Part shown: positions 7,324 to 24,000 of the stretch, piece by piece
How the letters are laid out: each line of letters begins with the position of its first letter
Numbering within the stretch: position 1 is the first letter of the stretch
Assembly: GCF_000735455.1 (NCBI RefSeq)
Contig: NZ_JMPS01000043.1
Span: 10,421-34,420, forward strand
Direction of reading: 5' to 3'
Source: Yokenella regensburgei ATCC 49455
GTDB lineage: Bacteria > Pseudomonadota > Gammaproteobacteria > Enterobacterales > Enterobacteriaceae
Length of the DNA: 24,000 bases
Program-made: the position numbers and the translations under genes
The notes under the pieces: model-generated
Databases searched by the model: none
What the model saw: only the letters and a program-made list of their open reading frames with translations
Told to the model about the DNA's origin: nothing

Positions 7324-8103
7324 TCACTTCTTATGCCAGTACGCCTGATACCGCACCAGCTGCTGATCAATCTCATCGCTTTCAAAACGGCTCACCAGCG
7401 CTTTGGTCACCGCACCTTCCCCGGTGACCCAGATAAAGTAATCTTCCGCCGGAACGGCTAACGCCGCCAGCTTCTCCGCCACCGCCTGCTCGCTGTGCCC
7501 GATAACCCAGTCGATATCTACGTTGTCGAGATCCGCCAGGTAGTCCTGGTACGCCGCATCTGCCACCGACACAATGGCTTTTACCCTCTGCGGCGCGGCG
7601 GGCTGCTGCCGTAGCTCCAGCAGACGGCGGCGCAGCGCGGGCATGCCGGATTCATCACAGACGTAAAGCTGCCAGGCGTAGTCTTCCGGCACCACCAGCG
7701 AACCGCGCGGACCGCCGATGGTCAGGGTATCTCCCACCTTCGCCGCCATCGCCCACTGGCTTGCCACGCCGCCATCATGGATGAAGAAATCAAACGCCAG
7801 TTCGTGGCGCGTCGCATCATACAGCGGCGTGTAGTCGCGGGTGGCCGGACGCACGCCGTCGGCCCAGACGATCCCGTCGTCGGTCACCGTCGGCGGCGTG
7901 AAGTGGCTGCCCGGCTCCGGGAAAAAGAGTTTGGTATGGTCGTCAAAACCGCGTGACGTAAAGCCTTCCAGCGCTTCACCGCCCAGCACAATACGCTGGA
8001 ATCCGGCGCTGATGCGCTCAACGCGCTGCACGGTCAGTTCGCGAAAACGCAGCGTATTGCGAACGCGCTGCGGGTATTTTTTGTCAGAGTTGTTCGTTGT
8101 CAT
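7324..8103 (-). CDS. yqjH: Siderophore-interacting NADPH-dependent ferric-chelate reductase (ViuB/YqjH family)
   Basis: 259 aa. FAD-binding R.YTP motif (TRDYTPLYD). Collinear with E. coli YqjH and divergent from yqjI, as in E. coli. Confidence 0.9.
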   Translation of the reverse strand: MTTNNSDKKYPQRVRNTLRFRELTVQRVERISAGFQRIVLGGEALEGFTSRGFDDHTKLFFPEPGSHFTPPTVTDDGIVWADGVRPATRDYTPLYDATRHELAFDFFIHDGGVASQWAMAAKVGDTLTIGGPRGSLVVPEDYAWQLYVCDESGMPALRRRLLELRQQPAAPQRVKAIVSVADAAYQDYLADLDNVDIDWVIGHSEQAVAEKLAALAVPAEDYFIWVTGEGAVTKALVSRFESDEIDQQLVRYQAYWHKK

Positions 8104-8124
8104 CGTCGCCTTCGTGAATAAAAA

Positions 8125-8137
8125 AGATATATCTAAA
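8125..8137. promoter_or_regulatory. Palindrome AGATATATCT containing an inverted copy of TTAGATATA; candidate YqjI (PadR-type) operator at the yqjH promoter
   Basis: The reverse complement of 8128-8136 is TTAGATATA, the same 9-mer repeated twice at 8296-8315. It lies 22-34 nt upstream of the yqjH start. Confidence 0.45.
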
Positions 8138-8149
8138 TTTCAGTCAAAT

Positions 8150-8168
8150 GATAATGATTGCCAATTAG
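8150..8168. promoter_or_regulatory. Fur-box-like site in the yqjH promoter region
   Basis: GATAATGATTGCCAATTAG matches 12/19 positions of GATAATGATAATCATTATC, with the first 9 positions identical. Preceded by AAT, it forms two tandem AATGAT hexamers. E. coli yqjH is Fur-regulated. Confidence 0.5.
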
Positions 8169-8295
8169 AAAGAAAGCAAGATAAATTTTGATATACACAT
8201 CACAACGCGCATTAAAAGCCACCATACAAAAATAAATTCTTTAAATTCAATGAAATAAAAAATTATCAATGTTCATGCTTGTCATCATTCAATTT

Positions 8296-8315
8296 TTAGA
8301 TATAAATTAGATATA
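8296..8315. promoter_or_regulatory. Direct repeat TTAGATATA-AA-TTAGATATA; candidate YqjI autoregulatory operator
   Basis: Two identical 9-mers with 11-bp periodicity, 19-38 nt upstream of ATG 8334. A third inverted copy is at 8128-8136. Confidence 0.45.
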
Positions 8316-8333
8316 TCGAAAAAACACAGGAGT

Positions 8334-8894
8334 ATGACGATGCGTCACCACCATTTTTGTGAATCTGAACATGAGCACCACGGCATGCGCGGTGGTCACG
8401 GCGGCGGCTGCGGCGGTCGTGGAGGACGTCGCCAGCGGTTCTTCGGCCACGGAGAATTACGTCTGGTGATCCTCGATATCCTCACCCGTAATGCCAGCCA
8501 CGGCTATGAGCTTATCAAAGAGATTGAAGCGCTGACTCAGGGCAACTACAGCCCCAGCGCCGGCGTCATCTACCCCACGCTCGACCTGCTCCAGGATCAG
8601 GGCTTAATTGCTATCGATGTGGAAGACGGCGGGCGCAAGCGCATCGCAATTACCGCGGATGGCCAGCAGTGGCTGGAGGAAAACCGGGAACACCTTGGAC
8701 ATATTCATGCCCGTTTACAGGCGCGAATGGTCGGCCATGAGCTGCGCAAAGACCCGCAGATGAAGCGCGCGCTGGATAATTTCAAAGCCGTGCTGGATCT
8801 GAAGGTGAACCAGCAGGAACTGAGTGCCGCGCAGTTAAAACAAATCATCGGCGTGATTGACCGCGCGGCGCTGGAGATTTCGCAGTTAGATTAA
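8334..8894 (+). CDS. yqjI: PadR-family metal-responsive repressor YqjI (NfeR) with a His/Cys/Gly-rich N-terminal tail
   Basis: 186 aa. From [19 protein letters not shown] onward it is nearly collinear with E. coli YqjI, including the winged-helix [10 protein letters not shown]...[14 protein letters not shown]. The N-terminus is [28 protein letters not shown]. Confidence 0.92.
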   Translation: MTMRHHHFCESEHEHHGMRGGHGGGCGGRGGRRQRFFGHGELRLVILDILTRNASHGYELIKEIEALTQGNYSPSAGVIYPTLDLLQDQGLIAIDVEDGGRKRIAITADGQQWLEENREHLGHIHARLQARMVGHELRKDPQMKRALDNFKAVLDLKVNQQELSAAQLKQIIGVIDRAALEISQLD

Positions 8895-10450
8895 GCGACC
8901 TCTCCCTCGTTAACGCGGAAGACTTTCACCAGCTCACGCAGGTGCAGCGCCTGGTCGTTGAGCGATGCCGCCGCCGCAACCGACTCTTCGACCAGGCAGG
9001 AGTTCTGCTGAGTCGTTGAGTCGATGAGGCCAATTGCGCTGTTTACCTGCGAAATACCGTCGGTCTGCTCGCGGCTCGCCTGGCCAATTTCGTGCAGAAT
9101 CGTGTTCATTTCCTCCACGTTACTGACCATCCCCTTCATCAGGGTTTCCGCTTTCTCGACCATCTCCATCCCTTCCTGCGCCTGGGTGGTGGAGCTTTCA
9201 ATCAGGCTACGAATTTCGCTCGCGGAAGAGGCGCTTTTCTGCGCCAGCTGACGCACTTCGCCCGCCACGACGGCAAATCCGCGACCATGTTCACCGGCAC
9301 GTGCCGCTTCCACCGCCGCGTTGAGCGCCAGAATATTGGTCTGGAACGCGATGGAGTCGATCAGGTTGATGATGTCGGACATGCGGCCGGAGGTTTCATT
9401 GATGGCGCGCATTTTACCGGTCACGTTCTTCATCATCTCGCCGTTGCTGTTGACCACGGTTGCGGTGTTGGTAGAGATTTGCGCGGCTTCCGCGGTGTGC
9501 CCGGCAGTGTTTTTCACCGTCGCGGTGATCTGCTCCATGGAAGCGGCGGTCTCTTCCACCGAGCTTGCCTGCTCTTCGGTACGAGCGGCCAGATCCTGGT
9601 TCCCGGCGACGATCTGCGAGGCGGCGCTGGAGATGTTCTCAGCGCTGTTCTGAACATCCTGTACGATGGTCAGCAGACGCGTTTTCATCTCCATCAACGC
9701 CTTTAACATCACGCCAGTTTCATCTTTATGCTGCGTGGTAATGTTGCCGGTGAGGTCACCTTCGGCAATCGCCTGGGCGAAGTTCACCGCTTCATCCAGC
9801 GGACGAGTAATGGCACGCACGATGTACAGGCCAATCAGCACCCCGGCAAGAATGCTAAAAATCGACATCCCCAGCAGCAGGGAACGGTTAGATTTATACT
9901 CCGTTTCAACCTGCGCCCCGGCGGTGTTCATCTGCCGGTTTTCCAGTGCAATCAGCTCCACTATTTTATCGTTATAGGCCTGCTGAACGACCTGCGCATT
10001 GTTCATCATCTCGTCCAGCGCCGCCTGACGGTTGCCCTGCTGAACGTTGTTCACCACGCGGTTAAGCGATTCAGTGTACTGCTGGCGGATCTCTTTGATA
10101 CCGGCGATGATTTTCTGCGACTCCGGATCCTTGCGGCTCTGGGTCAGATCATCGAGGATTAGCGTGACTCGCGCACTGAGATCCTTAAGCTGTTTCTCCC
10201 ACTCCTTCGACTTCTGCCCCTGCTCATCAAGCAAAATAAGTTGTTGGTTAATAATGGAATCATTGAGATGATCGATAAGCTCGTTGGCCTTGACCGTGGT
10301 GGGGTAGTCATCAGAAATGATGGTTTGCATTCCATCATTTGCGCGGCTGAGGCTTGTCAGTGACAGCACGGAACTGACAATCAGTAGAACAATAAAGAAG
10401 CTAAACGCCAGAAATAATTTAGTGCTGATCTTAATGTCATTTAAGAACAT
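8891..10450 (-). CDS. mcpC: Methyl-accepting chemotaxis protein: periplasmic four-helix-bundle sensor, HAMP and MCP signalling domain; McpC-like by position
   Basis: 519 aa. TM1 ([18 protein letters not shown]), a ~160-aa periplasmic helical domain, TM2, HAMP, then the invariant hairpin-tip block [34 protein letters not shown]. There is no C-terminal NWETF pentapeptide (it ends VNEGEVA). It occupies the yqjI-aer slot where Salmonella carries mcpC (STM3216, as I recall). The symbol is less certain than the MCP call. Confidence 0.85.
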   Translation of the reverse strand: MFLNDIKISTKLFLAFSFFIVLLIVSSVLSLTSLSRANDGMQTIISDDYPTTVKANELIDHLNDSIINQQLILLDEQGQKSKEWEKQLKDLSARVTLILDDLTQSRKDPESQKIIAGIKEIRQQYTESLNRVVNNVQQGNRQAALDEMMNNAQVVQQAYNDKIVELIALENRQMNTAGAQVETEYKSNRSLLLGMSIFSILAGVLIGLYIVRAITRPLDEAVNFAQAIAEGDLTGNITTQHKDETGVMLKALMEMKTRLLTIVQDVQNSAENISSAASQIVAGNQDLAARTEEQASSVEETAASMEQITATVKNTAGHTAEAAQISTNTATVVNSNGEMMKNVTGKMRAINETSGRMSDIINLIDSIAFQTNILALNAAVEAARAGEHGRGFAVVAGEVRQLAQKSASSASEIRSLIESSTTQAQEGMEMVEKAETLMKGMVSNVEEMNTILHEIGQASREQTDGISQVNSAIGLIDSTTQQNSCLVEESVAAAASLNDQALHLRELVKVFRVNEGEVA

Positions 10451-10490
10451 ATTCTCTCCATCGACAGGTTTATATATCCAATGGAAGTCG

Positions 10491-10517
10491 CTATCGGCAC
10501 TAAAATCGCTAACTTTA
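10491..10517 (-). promoter_or_regulatory. Sigma-28 (FliA) class-3 flagellar promoter for the McpC-like gene
   Basis: The minus strand reads TAAAGTTA-N11-GCCGATAG against the consensus TAAAGTTT-N11-GCCGATAA (7/8 and 7/8, exact 11-nt spacer). The -10 element lies 41 nt upstream of the ATG. Confidence 0.8.
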
Positions 10518-10635
10518 TGAATTTGATCGCTTTTTAATTAACTAAATGTAACAAAGTAATTTTAAAATATATTTCCTTATGATACGACCCATTCAATTTA
10601 ATATAAGATTAACATTATCACCCAACTAACTTCAC

Positions 10636-10671
10636 AAATAAAAAGCCGCTTACCGGGAACGATAAGCGGCT
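10636..10671 (-). terminator. Rho-independent terminator of aer
   Basis: 9-bp stem AGCCGCTTA/TAAGCGGCT with a 10-nt loop, 22 bp after the aer stop. On the minus strand it is followed by TTTTTATTTG. Confidence 0.85.
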
Positions 10672-10692
10672 GGTGCGGTCACTCAAAAATGA

Positions 10693-12213
10693 TTAATGCA
10701 GTACGGTAACCGCGTCCTGCAGGCGGCTGGCGCGGTGTTTCACCATTGCCGAGATCTGCGCACTTTCTTCGACTAATCCGGCATTTTTCTGGGTGATAGC
10801 GTCCAGTTCCGCCACCGCGCGGGTCAGGTCGGAAAGCCCCGCCGCCTGCTCGGAGGTGGAGTGGCTTATCTGCCCAATCAGGCGCGTGACGTTTTGCACC
10901 TGCGCCACGATATCATCCATTGTGCGACCGGCTGCATGCACCTGCTCTGCACCGGACTGCACCTTGCTGGCACTGGCATCGATGAGTTTACGAATGTCGT
11001 TCGCCGCCGTCGCGCTGCGGCTCGCCAGATGACGCACTTCGCCTGCCACTACCGCAAACCCTTTCCCCTGCTCGCCCGCGCGCGCTGCTTCAACCGCCGC
11101 GTTGAGCGCCAGGATATTCGTCTGGAAAGCAATGTCGTTAATGAGCTTGGTAATAGAACCAATACGCTGGGTGCTGTCGGCAATGTCATCCATGGTGTTA
11201 ACCACCGTCTGCATCGCCTGCCCGCCCTGGGTGGCGGCCTGGCTTGCGGAGCTCGAGAGTTTGTCTGCCTCTGCCGCCGTCTGCGAGTTGCTCTTCAGCG
11301 ACGCCGCCATCTGGTTCATGGTCGTGACCGTCTGCTGGACGTTGTCCACGCTCTGGCGGGTACGTTCGTTCAGGGTGTCGTTCCCCTTCGCCAGCGCATC
11401 GCTGCCCTGATGGACGCTCGCCACCTGGCCAGAAACGTCATGGATCAGCCAACGGCACATCAACCCGAGCTGGCCTACCGCACGCAGGGTAAGCCCCAGT
11501 TCGTCGCTGCGATTTAAGTGTTCGACGCTGTTTCGTTCCCCGGTTGCCACATGTAATGCCTGGCGCGCCACGTTCTCCACTGGTCGAATTATTTGCCACT
11601 GCAGCATGCCGCAGCCGAATAACATCACCAGCGCGCTGGCAAGCCAGGTCGCCCAGTGTGCCTGGGTTAACCACAGCGCCACGCTCAGTAATAAGAACAG
11701 CCCCAACATCAGGCTGCGCACCCGCCAGCGCAGCGGCATCGCCGGCAATTTCCCCAGCCAGCCCTTGCTGACCACCAGCCCTTTATGGATGCGTTTGTTG
11801 CAGCGCCCGGCGTTCAGCGCGGCGTACAGCGGCTCGACTGCTGCAATCTCCTGATCGGTTGCCCGGGAGCGAATCGACATATATCCCGTGGTTTTACCGC
11901 CGCGTACCATCGGCACGGCGTTGGCGCGAACCCAGTAATGGTCGCCGTTCTTGCGCCGGTTTTTGACGATCCCGCTCCAGGGCTCGCCCTGCTGGAGGGT
12001 GTACCACATGTCGGCAAAAGCGGCTTTTGGCATATCCGGATGGCGGACCATGTTGTGCGGCTGCCCGGTCAGCTCCTCCAGGCGGTAACCGCTAACGTCG
12101 ACAAAGGTGTCATTGGCGTGGGTGATGTAGCTTTGCAGATCGGTGGTGGACATCAGCGTCGTGTCATCGTCCAGCGGATGATTTTGCTGGCTGACGTAGG
12201 GCTGGGAAGACAT
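10693..12213 (-). CDS. aer: Aerotaxis receptor Aer: N-terminal FAD-binding PAS domain, membrane anchor, HAMP and MCP signalling domain
   Basis: 506 aa, the same length as E. coli Aer and near-identical over long stretches. Examples are [65 protein letters not shown] and the C-terminal KHRASRL.DAVTVLH. AAGGA RBS. Confidence 0.95.
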   Translation of the reverse strand: MSSQPYVSQQNHPLDDDTTLMSTTDLQSYITHANDTFVDVSGYRLEELTGQPHNMVRHPDMPKAAFADMWYTLQQGEPWSGIVKNRRKNGDHYWVRANAVPMVRGGKTTGYMSIRSRATDQEIAAVEPLYAALNAGRCNKRIHKGLVVSKGWLGKLPAMPLRWRVRSLMLGLFLLLSVALWLTQAHWATWLASALVMLFGCGMLQWQIIRPVENVARQALHVATGERNSVEHLNRSDELGLTLRAVGQLGLMCRWLIHDVSGQVASVHQGSDALAKGNDTLNERTRQSVDNVQQTVTTMNQMAASLKSNSQTAAEADKLSSSASQAATQGGQAMQTVVNTMDDIADSTQRIGSITKLINDIAFQTNILALNAAVEAARAGEQGKGFAVVAGEVRHLASRSATAANDIRKLIDASASKVQSGAEQVHAAGRTMDDIVAQVQNVTRLIGQISHSTSEQAAGLSDLTRAVAELDAITQKNAGLVEESAQISAMVKHRASRLQDAVTVLH

Positions 12214-12262
12214 AAGCGCGTCCTTTGCTGGTTAATAGAGAGGAAAAAGGGGTACAAATGTT

Positions 12263-12289
12263 ATTTCGGCGATAATTAATTTATCTTTA
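12263..12289 (-). promoter_or_regulatory. Sigma-28 (FliA) promoter candidate for aer
   Basis: The minus strand reads TAAAGATA-N11-GCCGAAAT (6/8 and 6/8 against consensus, exact 11-nt spacer). It lies 50-76 nt upstream of the aer ATG. Confidence 0.6.
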
Positions 12290-12484
12290 GTTGTTAAATT
12301 TGATGTAGATCGCAATTTGCCTTTAAACCTTAAAATTTGTATGCATATGGCGGATTTTAAGGTAGCGCAGCCCGTTGCAGGAGCAAATGCCATCCAAATG
12401 TTAATGAAATGATAAAATATGGTTTCATGCCGTTTCGTACAGGCGTTTATCCCGATTTTTCTTCCCCGTCCTGGAGACACGTAA

Positions 12485-13924
<1,440 letters not shown>

Positions 13925-13937
13925 GACCCATCCCCTA

Positions 13938-13968
13938 AATCCTCTCCCCAAAAGGGAGAGGATTTTCA
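13938..13968. terminator. Hairpin terminator between convergent patA and ygjH
   Basis: Perfect 11-bp stem AATCCTCTCCC/GGGAGAGGATT with loop CAAAA, followed by TTTT on the plus strand. It works best as the patA terminator and may act on both strands. Confidence 0.8.
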
Positions 13969-13971
13969 GAT

Positions 13972-14337
<366 letters not shown>

Positions 14338-14373
14338 CTATCACGTTTTTTATCCCTGGAGAATGCCAGCTTA

Positions 14374-14383
14374 TTTAGTAAAA
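14374..14383. promoter_or_regulatory. Isolated perfect left half-site (TTTAGTAAAA) of the ebg operator, upstream of ebgR
   Basis: Exact 10-mer identical to 15536-15545, 74-83 nt upstream of the ebgR ATG. The partner half is not conserved. Confidence 0.35.
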
Positions 14384-14417
14384 ACTGATGCATGTCGGGG
14401 CGCATCCTTTACAATGA

Positions 14418-15440
<1,023 letters not shown>

Positions 15441-15535
15441 TCCTGCGTTTTCCTCCCGGGCCGGATAAGCATCGCCTGCCCGGCACCGCGTCTTTTTCGT
15501 GATCGAGTTAAAGTTAATCAATTTTAGCGATTTTA

Positions 15536-15556
15536 TTTAGTAAAATTTTTACTAAA
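15536..15556. promoter_or_regulatory. Perfect 21-bp palindrome; probable EbgR operator of the ebgA promoter
   Basis: TTTAGTAAAA-T-TTTTACTAAA is a 10-bp perfect inverted repeat around one central base, 38-58 nt upstream of the ebgA ATG. Its size and symmetry are typical of LacI-family operators. Confidence 0.7.
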
Positions 15557-15569
15557 ATCCCTGTAATGA

Positions 15570-24000
<8,431 letters not shown>

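Noticed and set aside
9230-9420. Nucleotide-level direct repeat between the McpC-like gene (about 9240-9360) and aer (about 11020-11140), including an identical 20-mer ACCGCCGCGTTGAGCGCCAG at 9312-9331 and 11093-11112
   Set aside because: It is explained by the invariant MCP hairpin-tip motif ([17 protein letters not shown]) encoded by both paralogues. Identity is only about 75% over ~120 bp, so it is not a mobile repeat and is a poor recombination substrate.
12232-12480. 82-aa minus-strand ORF in the aer-patA intergenic region
   Set aside because: It overlaps the aer sigma-28 promoter and leader, lies in AT-rich DNA, has no SD and gives an unprotein-like translation. It is most likely non-coding regulatory DNA.
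15456-15497. CCGGGC...GCCCGG inverted repeat with CCGGATAAG-like core downstream of ebgR, considered as a REP element or terminator
   Set aside because: It has only a 6-bp stem with a 16-nt loop, and the T-run (TCTTTTT) is separated from it by 7 nt. It resembles only half of a REP consensus, which is too weak to call either way.
15498-15513. Possible CRP site (CGTGA-N6-TAAAG) upstream of ebgA
   Set aside because: Only the left half-site resembles TGTGA. The right half matches 2 of 5 positions of TCACA.

Overview
The window reads as enterobacterial chromosome: about 57% GC, with protein sequences close to E. coli and Salmonella orthologues. I found no rRNA, tRNA, CRISPR array, IS element, integrase or prophage signature.

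The right two-thirds (7.3-24 kb) is collinear with the E. coli K-12 block yqjH-yqjI-aer-patA-ygjH-ebgR-ebgA-ebgC-ygjI-ygjJ-ygjK. One extra methyl-accepting chemotaxis gene, which looks like Salmonella McpC, sits between yqjI and aer.

The left third (1-7.3 kb) is not in that E. coli block:
- the start of a scsA/scsB-like thiol:disulfide locus
- a MetQ/MetI/MetN-type ABC importer
- a divergently transcribed cystathionine beta-synthase plus cystathionine gamma-lyase pair, i.e. reverse transsulfuration (methionine to cysteine), as described for the Klebsiella mtcBC genes
- an orphan coiled-coil protein with an internal J-domain (HPD) signature

Regulatory elements readable by eye:
- two good sigma-28 (FliA) promoters, one for each receptor gene
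- a Fur-box-like site and three copies of TTAGATATA between yqjH and yqjI
- a perfect 21-bp palindrome in front of ebgA, with a degenerate copy next to ygjH
- met-box-like tandem 8-mers in the transporter/mtcB control region
- two convincing hairpin terminators (downstream of aer and patA) and one weak candidate downstream of the metQ-like gene

I do not see an unambiguous new system such as a defence island or toxin-antitoxin module. The most interesting leads are:
1. ebgR-ebgAC-ygjIJK read as one compartment-ordered glycoside pathway that contains an amino-acid-type permease.
2. The orphan J-domain coiled-coil protein.
3. The methionine importer whose ATPase lacks the C-terminal regulatory domain, coupled to mtcBC.

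All homology statements rest on my own reading of the translations and my memory of the families. No database search was run.
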